The notes: generated from the sequence alone by a model not told the origin. A DNA stretch of 64,000 nucleotides from an uncultured delta proteobacterium (GCA_963803435.1 CAWDML010000004.1:1-64000); one strand, 5' to 3'. Positions 1 through 9,992 are shown, numbered from the stretch's first letter. A program made the numbers and translations.

Positions 1-44
1 AGGCGTAGACGACGTGATATGAATGACCCCGATGGATTGGGTAT

Positions 45-685
45 TTGCGCCTGCGCATCACCGAGATTCTCTTCTCGGTCCAGGGCGAGTCTCAGCCTCG
101 CTGGACGCCCCTGCAGCTTCGTTCGCCTCATGGGGTGCAACCTGCGTTGCGTCTGGTGCGACACCGAATACAGCTTCACCGGGGGCGTCACGATGACCAT
201 CGATCAGATCCTGGAGGCCGTACGCGCGCACCCCACGAAGCTGGTCGAGATCACTTACGGTGAGCCGCTCCTCCAGAAGGGCGCGCCCGTGCTCTGCGCA
301 ACGCCTCCTCGACGAGGGCTATACGGTGCTCTGCGAGACCAGCGGCGAGCGAAACATCGACCTCATGCCCCCGGGCGTCCGCCGGATCATGGATTTGAAG
401 GCACCCGGGAGCGGCGAGACCCAGCAGAACGACTGGGACAACCTCGATTGGCTCCGCGACGGCGACGAGCTGAAGTTCGTCCTGGCCGATTGGATCGACT
501 TCGAGTGGATGCTGTCGGTGGTCCGCGAGCACCGCCTCCAGGGGCGCGTCCCGCTCCACGCGTCACCGGTCCATGGACGGCTCGAGGCCCGTGCGCTGGC
601 CGAGTGGATCCTGGCGGAGGGCGTGGACGTCCGCATCAACCTCCAGCTCCATAAGCTCCTGTGGCACGACGCGCGCGGGAGGTAA
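45..685 (+). CDS. queE: 7-carboxy-7-deazaguanine synthase (radical SAM), split by two apparent frameshifts
   Basis: Pieces across three frames: 'ITEILFSVQGE', 'FVRLMGCNLRCVWCDT' (CxxxCxxC), 'ELKFV...RINLQLHKLLW'. Confidence 0.85.
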
Positions 686-738
686 CCTGGTCCGCCGTGC
701 CCACGGAGGCACGGCTTTGGCGCCTTGCAACGGCCCCC

Positions 739-2474
739 TCAGGGGGTGGTCGAGGTCGCGACTTGGGGCGGCTTCTCGTACGCGATCTCGCCGCCGATGA
801 TTGTCATGGTCGCGCGGGTTGCGACCAGGTCGCTCTCGTTGGCGGTGAGCGGGTTTCGATCCAACACGGTGAGATTGGCGGTGTAGCCCTTCTCGATGCG
901 TCCCAGGTGGTCCTCCTGGAACGCGGCGTAGTTGGCGCCCTTGGTGAACGCGTCCAGCGCTTGCGTGGGGGTCATCCGCTGGTCGGCGTACCAGCCCTCC
1001 TCGGGCTCGCCGAACTCGTTCTTCCTGGTGCGATCGCCGCATAGAGGCCGAGGATTGGGGAGACGTCCTCGACGGGTGCGTCGCTCCCGGCGGCGACCGT
1101 CGCGCTGCTGGTCAGCAGCGACTGCCAGGCGTACGCGCCCTTGATCCGCCCGGGGCCGAGGCGATTCTCCGCCCAGGGCATGTCGCTGGTGGCGTGGGTG
1201 GGCTGGATGGAGGCGATGATCCCGAGCTTGCCGAAGCGACCGATGTCGTCGGGCGCGAGCACCTGCGCGTGCTCGATGCGGGCGGGCCCGCCAGGCTTTG
1301 CCGGCGAAGACCTTCTCGTAGATGTCGAGGACCGTGCGGTTGCCCAGGTCCCCGATGGCGTGGGTGGCCACCTGGAACCCTTTGGACTCGGCCATCCGGA
1401 CGCGCCTCTCGATCTCGTCGGGCGGGAGGTTGAGGTGACCCTTGTTCCGGCGGTCGTCGGAGTAGGGGGCCAGCAGGGCGGCGCCGCGGGAGCCGAGGGC
1501 GCCGTCGACCATGAGCTTGACGCTCGGATCGTGAGCCGGGAGGGCGAGCCGGGAGGCGGGATGATTGGCGCCTCCTCGAGGGTGAAGATCCGAGTCCGGC
1601 TCGGTCCAGTCGTGCATCACGTAGACGCGGAGCTTGAGGCGGCCGTCGGCGTCGAGCTTCTTCATCGCCGCGATGGTCTCGAGCGGCATGCCCATGTCCT
1701 GCACCTGGGTCAGGCCGGCCCGGATGCACTCGTCCTGGGCCAAGAGCAGCGCCTGCTCGAGCTGCGCTCCGGTCAGGGTCGGGACGTGGCGCCCGATCAG
1801 CGCCATCGCGTTGTCGACGAAGATGCCGCTGGGACGTCCGCGGACCTTCACGATCTCTCCGCCGGGCACGCGGGTCCGGCCATCGACCTCTGCGATCTTC
1901 ATCGCACGCGTGTTCACCCAGATTGCGTGGCCGTCGATGCGCGTCAGCACGACCGGGTTGTTCGGCGCGATACCGTCGAGATCCGCCGCCGTGGGAAACT
2001 TCTGGCGCTTCAGATCGAAGCCCTCCCAGTCGTTCTGATCCCAGCCGCGGCCGCGGATCGATTCACCGGGCGCTGCGCTCGCGACCGCCTCTGCGACCTT
2101 CTGCTTCACCGCGTCGAGCGTCTTGGTTCCGATCAGATCCACCGCGAACCGCTGGCGCCGACGCCGGCGAGATGGACGTGCGCGTCCACCAAGCCGGGCA
2201 CGACCGTGCGCCCTGCGAGTGAGACCACCCGGGTCTGCTCCCCGATCCACGACTTCACCTCGTCGTCCGATCCGATCTCGACCATTCGCCCCGCGTCGAC
2301 CGCGACCGCGGTGGCGCCGGGGTGCGCGTCGCTGACGATCGTGCCACCGGAGAGCACGATCTCTGCGCGAGGGGGCGGCGGTGGCGGAGGCGGCGCGACT
2401 TTCTGCGTGGAGCAGCCAGCCAACAAGAAGAGCGCGCATCCGATCGCGGTATCCGCGCGTCGTCGACCCAGCAT
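739..2474 (-). CDS. Amidohydrolase (YtcJ-like) lipoprotein, frameshifted
   Basis: Lipobox LAGC, 'PGLVDAHVH', 'GRGWDQNDW', 'KLMVDGALGSRGA', 'HAIGD', 'QPTHATSDMPWAE' spread across frames. Confidence 0.85.
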
Positions 2475-2573
2475 CGCCGTCCTCTAACCCAGGGAAGTTG
2501 CTAGCGCAAATTCGTTTCGTCCTCCCAACGAACGTTTGACTCGGGACGGTGCGGTGCCTAACAACGAGGTTCG

Positions 2574-3752
2574 ATGAGCCAAAAGAGGGACTACTACGAG
2601 GTGCTGGGCGTTCCTCGGGACGCCGACCAGCGCACCATCAAGTCCTCGTACCGCAAGCTGGCTCTCAAGTACCACCCGGATTGGAACCCCGGCGACCACG
2701 CTGCCGAGGAGAGCTTCAAGGAGGCGGCCGAGGCCTACGAGGTCCTCTCCGACGACCAGAAGCGGGCGATTCACGATTGCGCAGGCTTCGATGGCCTCCG
2801 GACCGGCGGGTTCAATCCGAACTTCACCGGCGACCTCGGCGACATCTTCTCCCACTTCGGCGACATCTTCTCCGAGTTCTTCGGCGGCGGCGGCTTCGCC
2901 TTCGGTGGCGCCAGCCGCGGCCCTCGCCCCACGGTCGGCGCCGATTTGCGCTTCGATATGAGCATCTCCCTGGAGGAGGCGCTCAAGGGCGCGACCCGCC
3001 AGATTGAGATTGCCCGCAACGCACCTTGCAGGAACTGCATGGGCACCGGCGCGAAGGACGCCGAGATGGTCACGTGCGCCGCCTGCGGCGGCCGCGGTCA
3101 GGTCGTGCAGGGCCGCGGCGGTTTCATGATCGCGACCACCTGTCGAGCCTGCGGCGGGAGAGGTCGTGCGCCCCGCGAGGTCTGCCCCGACTGCGAAGGG
3201 CAGGGCGCGATTGAGGAGACCAAGAAGCTCGAGGTCAAGGTTCCGCCCGGCGTCGACACCGGCGTTCGGCTCCGGCTCCAGGGCGAGGGCGACGCCGGTC
3301 GCTTCGGCGGTCCGCCCGGCGATCTCTACGTCTTCATCTCGGTCAAAGAGCACCACATGTTCGTCCGCGACGCGGCCGATTTGCACTGCGAGCTGTCCGT
3401 CGGCTTCCCCACCGCTTGCATCGGCGGCGAGGCGAAGGTGCCCCGCCTGGTGGAGGGCGAGGTCGCCGTGACGATCCCCGCCGGGATGCAGCCGGGCGAC
3501 GTCATCCGGATTGAGGGCGCAGGCTTGCCCCGGCTGGGCGGGCGCGGCGTCGGCGATCTGCTGGTCCACCTCACCATCGCCGTGCCGAAGCGCCTCAACG
3601 AGAAACAGAAGAAGGTCCTCGACACCCTCGCCGAGGTCCTCCCGACCGAGTCCGAAGTCTCTGCGGACGGACCCGAGCGCCGCGAGACCAAGCGAAGAAC
3701 CAAGAAGCCCGGCATCTTCGATTGGATCCGGGACGCGTTCGAAGGCGATTGA
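2574..3752 (+). CDS. dnaJ: Molecular chaperone DnaJ
   Basis: J domain with HPD, G/F-rich region, four CxxCxGxG repeats, C-terminal domain. Confidence 0.95.
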   Translation: MSQKRDYYEVLGVPRDADQRTIKSSYRKLALKYHPDWNPGDHAAEESFKEAAEAYEVLSDDQKRAIHDCAGFDGLRTGGFNPNFTGDLGDIFSHFGDIFSEFFGGGGFAFGGASRGPRPTVGADLRFDMSISLEEALKGATRQIEIARNAPCRNCMGTGAKDAEMVTCAACGGRGQVVQGRGGFMIATTCRACGGRGRAPREVCPDCEGQGAIEETKKLEVKVPPGVDTGVRLRLQGEGDAGRFGGPPGDLYVFISVKEHHMFVRDAADLHCELSVGFPTACIGGEAKVPRLVEGEVAVTIPAGMQPGDVIRIEGAGLPRLGGRGVGDLLVHLTIAVPKRLNEKQKKVLDTLAEVLPTESEVSADGPERRETKRRTKKPGIFDWIRDAFEGD

Positions 3753-3755
3753 GCG

Positions 3756-3992
3756 ATGTCCGGCCCCAGCTCTGCCACGGTCGCACGCGGGGCATACTTC
3801 GGCGGTCTGCTCGCCGGTGGTGTGATCCTCGGCGTCGGGTTCTACGTGCTCTCTGCGGTCGAGGTCGGTGGCTGGAGGATTCCGCTCGAGATGGCGGTTG
3901 TAGCTCTGGGGATGTTGGTAACCACTCGAATTTGGAAGCGGAGTGCCGCCCGCGCGCTTGACAGTCCAATCGAGCCCAAAGACCGTACATAG
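3756..3992 (+). CDS. Small membrane protein with two predicted TM segments
   Basis: Fills the gap between dnaJ and the exbB-like gene; two hydrophobic segments. Confidence 0.55.
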   Translation: MSGPSSATVARGAYFGGLLAGGVILGVGFYVLSAVEVGGWRIPLEMAVVALGMLVTTRIWKRSAARALDSPIEPKDRT

Positions 3993-4000
3993 TAGAGCCG

Positions 4001-4744
4001 ATGACGCCTCTTCAAGTGACGCCGCCCGATCCGTCCGTTGCCACCCAGGCCTTCGCGGCGATCAGCCCGCTGGCGATGGTTTTGATCCTCGCGGGATCCA
4101 TCCTCGTGTTCGCGCTGGCGCTCGAGCAGCTGTGGACGTTCTGGCGCTTGATCGAGAACGCGCGCGACCTGGGGACCGAGGCCGGCAAGGCGCTCTATCA
4201 CGGAGATCTTCAGGCGGCGCGCACGGTCTGTGAGCGGAGCAGCTCCCCCGTCGCCGACATCCTGATCGCTGCGCTCAACAAGGTGAACCGTCCGGGCGAG
4301 TCGATCCATCGTGCGGCCGAGCGCGAGCGACAGCGCTTCAGCCTGTGGATGAAGAAGCGTTTGTGGGCGCTCGGCACGATGGGCGCGCTCGCGCCGTTCG
4401 TCGGTCTGTTCGGCACGGTGGTCGGCATCATCCGCGCGTTTCGCTCGATCGCCGTCAGCGGCGCCGGTGGCTTCTCGGTGGTCGCAGAGGGCGTTTCGCA
4501 GGCGCTCGTCGCAACGGCCGGCGGTATCGGCGTCGCGGTCCTGGCGGTGGCGTTCTTCAACTACTTCCAGTCACGCGGCAACCGTTCGGCGATCGAGGTG
4601 AAGCTGGTGGTCGACGAGTTCCTCGAGCGGCTCGAGGCCTGCGCGTCGGGCGAGCGGCCGCCTCCGCCCCAGCGTCCCGCGGCGATGACCGACTCGTCCG
4701 AGATTCAGCTCGCGACGCCTCAGGTCGCCGGCAGCGAGGGTTGA
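4001..4744 (+). CDS. MotA/TolQ/ExbB proton channel family protein
   Basis: 'LGTMGALAPFVGLFGTVVGIIRAF' and 'GVSQALVATAGG'. Confidence 0.92.
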   Translation: MTPLQVTPPDPSVATQAFAAISPLAMVLILAGSILVFALALEQLWTFWRLIENARDLGTEAGKALYHGDLQAARTVCERSSSPVADILIAALNKVNRPGESIHRAAERERQRFSLWMKKRLWALGTMGALAPFVGLFGTVVGIIRAFRSIAVSGAGGFSVVAEGVSQALVATAGGIGVAVLAVAFFNYFQSRGNRSAIEVKLVVDEFLERLEACASGERPPPPQRPAAMTDSSEIQLATPQVAGSEG

Positions 4745-4747
4745 TTG

Positions 4748-5209
4748 ATGGGTGGCGCAGGTCCCAAGGAGCAGAGCCTCGACGAGGGTGAGATCTCCGA
4801 GCAGGGATCCTTCACCGACATCAACATCGTCCCGCTCGTCGACATCATGCTGGTGCTCCTGGTGATCCTCATGGCGACCAGCACCGCGATCCTCGAGGCC
4901 GGTCAGGGCCAGGGCGCCGGCTTCAAGGTCAACCTGCCGACCGGATCCGAGAGCGACGAGGTGGCGTCGGCCAGCGACGATCTGGTCGTGGCGATCCTCG
5001 CCGACGGGACGGTTCTGGCCCGGGGCGAGCAGGTCTCTCCGACCGAGCTCCAGCAGATCTTCAGCGAAGAGGCGAAGAAGAACGCCTCGAAGGTGGTCCT
5101 GGTCCAGGCGGACGGCGAAGCGATCCACAAGCGCGTCGTCGAGGTCATGGAATCCGCGCGCAAGGCAGGGTTGCAGAACCTGGCGATTGCCACGAAGCCC
5201 GAGCAGTAA
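4748..5209 (+). CDS. ExbD/TolR biopolymer transport protein
   Basis: 'DINIVPLVDIMLVLLVILM', 'VQADG...VVEVM'; follows the ExbB-like gene. Confidence 0.92.
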   Translation: MGGAGPKEQSLDEGEISEQGSFTDINIVPLVDIMLVLLVILMATSTAILEAGQGQGAGFKVNLPTGSESDEVASASDDLVVAILADGTVLARGEQVSPTELQQIFSEEAKKNASKVVLVQADGEAIHKRVVEVMESARKAGLQNLAIATKPEQ

Positions 5210-5323
5210 GATCCCACTTTACAAATCCTGACGTGGCGTATTTGTGTGCCGTCACGCCGTGGACAGGGCGAACCGCCGCTCGATACGGTGGTAGAGCCCC
5301 GCTGCCCCGGGAAAGGACATCAG

Positions 5324-6404
5324 ATGAAGACGCTGAAGCTGGCGATCGCCGGTGTTGGAAACTGCGCGAGCTCCTTGGTTCAAGGCCTCGAGTACTACAA
5401 GGATCGTTCGGAGACCTCGGCCGGCCTGATGCACCCCGAGATCGGGGGCTACCGGCTGCAGGACGTAAAGGTGGTGGCCGCCATCGACGTCGACCGACGC
5501 AAGGTCGGCAAGCCCCTCGAAGAGGCCATGTTTGCAGACCCCAACAACACCACGATCTTCCAGAAGGAGCTCCCGCGGAGCGGTGTCACGGTCTCGATGG
5601 GACCGGTCCTCGACGGCGTCCCGGCCCACATGGCCGACTATCCGGACGCCCAGGCCTTCCGGGTGGCCAAGTCCGATCCGGTGGACGTGGACGCGCCTCC
5701 TCAAGGAGAGCGGCGCCGAGGTGCTGGTCAGCTACCTGCCGGTCGGCTCCGAGGACGCCACCAAGCACTACGCCACCGCCTGCCTCGAGGCCGGCGTCGG
5801 CATGGTCAACTGCATTCCGGTCTTCATCGCGTCCAACCCCGAGTGGGCCGAGCAGTTCAAGAAGAAGAACGTCCCCATCGTCGGCGATGACATCAAGAGC
5901 CAGGTCGGCGCCACCATCGTGCACCGCACGCTGGCGCGCCTGATGGCCGACCGCGGCGTGAAGCTCGAGCGCACCTATCAGCTCAACACCGGCGGCAACA
6001 CCGACTTCCTCAACATGCTCGAGGAGGAGCGCCTCAAGACGAAGCGCATCTCCAAGACCGAGTCCGTCCAGAGCCAGCTCGACGCGCGCCTCCCCGCCGG
6101 CGACATCCACATCGGCCCCTCCGACTACGTGGCCTGGCAGAAGGACAACAAGGTCTGCTTCCTCCGCATGGAGTGGGTGGGCTTCGGCGACGTCCCGATG
6201 CACATCGAGGCCCGCCTGTCCGTCGAGGACTCTCCGAACAGCGCCGGCGTCGCCATCGACGCCATCCGCCTCGCCAAGCTCGCCAAGGAGCGCGGCATCG
6301 GTGGCCCCCTCCTCGAGGCGAGCGCATACCTGATGAAGCACCCCCCGCAGCAGATGCGCGACACCGTGGCCCGCGACAAGCTGGAGGCGTTCATCGTCGG
6401 CTAG
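5324..6404 (+). CDS. ino1: myo-inositol-1-phosphate synthase, frameshift near 5695
   Basis: 'AIAGVGNCASSLVQG', 'GDDIKSQVGAT', 'QLNTGGNTDFLNM', 'EDSPNSAG'. Confidence 0.93.
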
Positions 6405-6433
6405 GAGCGTGTAGCGCGTAAGCGCTCACGCGA

Positions 6434-6479
6434 CCCCGGTCCCGGTCCCGGTCCCGGTCCCGGTCCCGGTCCGGGTCCG
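6434..6479. repeat. (CCCGGT)n hexamer array, inverted partner of (GGGACC)n at ~6986-7018
   Basis: Directly visible tandem repeats just inside both element ends. Confidence 0.95.
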
Positions 6480-6499
6480 ATCTGAAGATGGCTGCCTTG

Positions 6500-6788
6500 A
6501 GTCGGACGGTCGCGACGGTCGCGAGCTTCGATTGGTAGAGCTTGAGCAGGTTGTGGGTGAGGCAGACGAGCGTCCACTCGGCTCGTACCTTGAAGAAGGA
6601 GCGTAGCGAGAACCGGCGGAATCCTCGTGCCGGTTTGATCTGTCCGAGCGCCGGTTCGACGATACTCTTCCTGCGGGCGTAGACCGCCTTGCCGTCGCGC
6701 GTTTGCAACTTGTCTCGCATTCGCTTGCGAGCGAGCGAGGCAGGTGTGGGCTCCGAAGCTGATGAGGACGGAGTCGACGCGTCTTGGT
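6500..6788 (-). pseudogene. IS1182-family transposase C-terminal fragment
   Basis: 'MRDKLQTRDGKAVYARRKSIVEPALGQIK..RGFRRFSLR..KVRAEWTLVCLTHNLLKL'. Confidence 0.85.
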
Positions 6789-6977
6789 CCTGAGAAGGCT
6801 CGCTTCTACCGGATGGCACTTCGCTCTGGCACCGAAAGCGCCGCCTCACTCCACACCTGCTTGAGGCGCCGACTCGCCAACGAGCAGAAGCTCCAAGCCG
6901 CCAGAGCCAAGCTCAAGCGCGTTGTCGAGAGGCTCACGCGCCTCATCAAGTCGATGAACGCACGCCGGGCTGCATGA
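6789..6977 (+). pseudogene. Four-helix-bundle protein (23S rRNA IVP / Avd-like) C-terminal fragment
   Basis: 'PEKARFYRMALRSGTESAASL...LKRVVERLTRL' resembles the family's C-terminal half. Confidence 0.7.
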
Positions 6978-7051
6978 TCGCCATCGGGACCGGGACCGGG
7001 ACCGGGACCCGGACCGGGCTCGCGGTAGCGCTACGCGCTACACGCTCCTAG

Positions 7052-7334
7052 AGCGCGAGCCGTGCCCGTCGCCGTCGACCGGGGCCCGTCACCGACCTCC
7101 GCGCCGTCCGTCACCGCCTTCCGTCACCGACACCGACACTCGTCACCGCCCTCGACCGCCGCCGATCGCGTCACCGCCCTCAGCCGCCGCTCCTACGGCG
7201 GTCACGGTCAGCGTCACGGTCACCGTCACCGAACGCGGTCACGGAGGACGAGAAACGAGGACCGGAACCCGAAGACGGAAGATCGAAGACGGAAGATCGA
7301 AGACCGAAGTCGGTCTTGCGTGTTTCGTGTTTCG
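7052..7334. repeat. Left arm of a palindromic short-repeat array: degenerate (CCGTCA)n, then GAAGA-NN heptamers, then TGTTTCG x2
   Basis: Visible repeats; reverse-complementary to 9993-10053. Confidence 0.8.
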
Positions 7335-7845
7335 GTGCGCCGCGAAGCGGCGTCGTTCCTAGCAGGATGAGAGGAGCCTGCCCTGATAGTAATCGAGCAG
7401 TCAGGTAGCCAGATCCCCTGCGTGGCGCCGCGAGGTGCCCAGCAGAAGCGGGATCAGAACGGTCACGGGCGGCAATCCGTGGCTGCGAAGTGGCGGGCCG
7501 CAGCGCGAAGCGAACCCAGCCGTAGCCTCGTAAGGATATGGAGAGGCCGAGCCCCTCGGAACAGGGCGAAGGCAGGACGGACGTGAACAGCGGCTCGATG
7601 CGCGAAGCGTTCCGCTCTCCCGGGGTAACAGGGGCAGCACGCCACGAAAGGAAGACGTTGAACGCGGGAGACCTCGACCGGCGCGGATGGCCACCGCAGC
7701 GCACGCACAAGGCCGCAAGCCGAGGCGCGCGGGCCGGCGAGGAGTCGGACGAGTCCGTAGTACCTGAGAAGGCAGTGAAAACCGCTGGAGGGAAGGGGCT
7801 CTACTTGTCGATGCCACCCATTGCCGCGAAGGACGGGGGATTGCG

Positions 7846-9895
7846 ATGACGCTAGAAACTCCTTCGAAGATCCGGGAGCTGCAAAGGGCGCTGTACCGAC
7901 GGGCCAAGAAGGAGCCGAAGTTCCGCTTCTACGCGCTCTACGACAAGGTCTACCGTCCGGACATCCTGGCGCATGCCTACGCGTTGGCAAGAGCCAACCG
8001 AGGCGCGCCCGGGCCCGACGGCGAGACCTTCGAGGAGATCGAACAGAGCGGAAAGACGGCGCTGCTGGATGAGCTGCACAATGCGCTGAAGAACAAGACG
8101 TATCGCCCGGGACCAGTCCGCCGAGTGAACATCCCAAAACCTGACGGCGGTGAGAGGCCGTTGGGCATCCCGAATATTCGAGATCGCATCGTCCAGGGAG
8201 CAGCCAAGCTGATCCTGGAGCCGATCTTCGAAGCGGATTACGACGACGCGTCGTTCGGATTCCGTCCACGAAGAGGTGCGCACCAAGCGCTCGATGCGAT
8301 CGGCGAAGCCTTCGACGAAGGGATGTGTTGGGTGATCGACGCCGACATCACGGCCTACTTCGACACGATCCCTCACGACCACCTGATGAAGGCTGTCGCG
8401 GAGCGCGTCGTCGACGGTCCAATGCTGGCGCTGATCAAGATGTTCCTCGAAGCACCCATCGTAGCGAGCGATGACTCGCGCCCACGGCGGAACCGCAAGG
8501 GGACGCCGCAGGGAGGTGTGATATCGCCGCTCCTTGCGAACCTCTACCTGCACCTGCTGGACCGTAACTTCAGGAAGTACGTAGCGGTGGATGCGCTCGA
8601 CGGACGGCTGGTCCGCTATGCCGACGATTGTGCGCCACGACGGCGCGGAAGGGAGGCCGTGATGGCCGACTGAACGCAGCCTTGCTGCACGAGTGATGAG
8701 GGAGGGCCCCTCGAAGCCGGCAGACAGGCGCAGGCTTCAAACCACCTCGAGCTGCTCTGGTCAAAAGCCAGGGTGGTGAGCGTCGAAGGAAAAGGCGCGG
8801 CGAGACCGCGTCAGGTGACGATCGGAAAGACGAACGCGAGTGAACCACTGATGACGCGTCGAAAGCGTAGGAACGACGTCGAAACCAGGTTGAAGTCGTT
8901 GGCCTGGGATGAGCGCGGACGGTGTCTTGTCTACGGGCCGCGCGGCGTCCGGCGTGAAGGTGGCGTGAGTCCGATCGAGGCTCTCGTGCGGAACGTGGGA
9001 ACCTTCGGCCTCGATGCAAAGGAAGAAGTCCAAGTGGAGGACCCACGAGGATGAGAGTACCGAAGCGAGGTCAAGGGACGGAGCGATCCGTACAAGGGAT
9101 GAGCTCCGCGAAAGCGGAGGGACCGAAGGGGTCGCGTCATTCAGCTTCGATTGGCGGTCAACCGAAGATCGGGAGGAACCGCGCGAAGGAAGCAAAGCCG
9201 TATGAGGTTGAGGCACCATCACCGGCGAGCCGAGTACTGGATCGGACGCATTGCGCGCCGTGATCCGAAGCTCTTCGCTCACTGGGATCTGCTGGGAATT
9301 CGACCTGCGGCTGGATGAGGGGAGCCGTATGAGCTGAGAGGTTCACGTACGGTTCTGCGAGCGCCCGGGGGTGAGACTCCCCCGGGCGACTCACCTCGTC
9401 GTGCTCACACGACGCCGACCGGATCGCGAATTGTCCTGGATCAAGACCCTGTTGGGCCGCTTGGGGCTCTCGCTTCATCCGGAGAAAACTCGCGTGACGC
9501 ACGCGTCGGACGGCTTTGCTTTCCTCGGACACGAGGTCCGATGGCGGAACGGACGAATGCGGTTGGATATGTCGCGGAAGGCGCGCGACCGCGTACACGA
9601 CCAACTCCGCCGGCGGACAAGGTGGACCTCGTTGAGCCTCGAAGAAGAAATCGGGCAACTCAACAGCTACATCCGCGGAGCAAGGGGATACTTCGGACGG
9701 ATCCGGCAACGGACGAAAGCCAAGCTGGATCATTACATAGCGCAGCGTATTGCGCGGTGGTGGGCGCGGAAGCACAACGCGCCCCGGCCTGCATGGTCGC
9801 TCGTGCAAGAGGACGCCCTCTGGCGCAAGCATGGGCTTGAACGCTGGTGGTCGCCTCGGGCTTTCAAGTCAGCAACACCAAGGCCTGTGCGGTGA
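7846..9895 (+). CDS. ltrA: Group II intron reverse transcriptase/maturase without an endonuclease domain; join(7846..8629,9396..9895), 427 aa
   Basis: RT0 '[10 protein letters not shown]', '[14 protein letters not shown]', '[17 protein letters not shown]'; the splice gives in-frame RYADD|FVVL; 'LHPEKT..FAFLG' and an X domain follow. Confidence 0.92.
8630..9395 (+). mobile_element. Group II intron (inner), ORF-deleted, class D-like, inserted just after the YADD codons of the outer RT
   Basis: 5' GTGCG at 8630; domain V GAGCCGTATGAGCTGAGAGGTTCACGTACGGTTC (9322-9355); domain VI with bulged A9389; ends ACC; predicted EBS1/EBS2 pair with the upstream exon. Confidence 0.9.
9186..9318 (+). pseudogene. 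Fused N- and C-terminal remnants of the inner intron's protein
   Basis: 'KEAKPYEV' after SD GGGAGG, then '[21 protein letters not shown]...*', resembling the termini of class D intron proteins. Confidence 0.7.
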
Positions 9896-9992
9896 AAGAC
9901 AAGGGAAGCCGTATGCAGGAAACCTGCACGTACGGTTTGAGGAGGGGCTGCTGGCCCGTGCGTCTGGTACGGCGAGCTGGGGTCTACTCGAC

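Larger units (their letters stand above)
6405..7047 (-). mobile_element. Non-autonomous IS1182-family derivative, copy 1 (internally deleted)
   Basis: Terminal inverted repeats starting GAGCGTGTAGCGCGTA; CTAG at 6401-6404 and 7048-7051; near-identical in reverse orientation to 32085-33401. Confidence 0.85.
7335..9992 (+). mobile_element. Group II intron (outer) encoding an RT/maturase
   Basis: 5' GTGCG at 7335; domain V GAAGCCGTATGCAGGAAACCTGCACGTACGGTTT (9905-9938); domain VI with bulged A9986; ends AC at 9992; removal restores the TGTTTCG|TGTTTCCG repeat. Confidence 0.92.

Noticed and set aside
2475-2573. CIRCE/HrcA operator upstream of dnaJ
   Set aside because: No TTAGCACTC-N9-GAGTGCTAA match.
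5210-5323. Structured leader or riboswitch before ino1
   Set aside because: A hairpin (ACCGCCG/CGGTGGT) is present, but no recognisable aptamer; such stems are common at this GC content.
7052-7334. CRISPR array
   Set aside because: Units are 6-7 nt tandem repeats without unique spacers, and no cas genes are present.
6789-9895. Diversity-generating retroelement (RT next to an Avd-like four-helix-bundle fragment)
   Set aside because: The RT is a group II intron protein (RT0, YADD, X domain, flanking domains V/VI); no template/variable repeat pair with adenine-specific mismatches was seen; the helix-bundle fragment lies inside a separate IS derivative.
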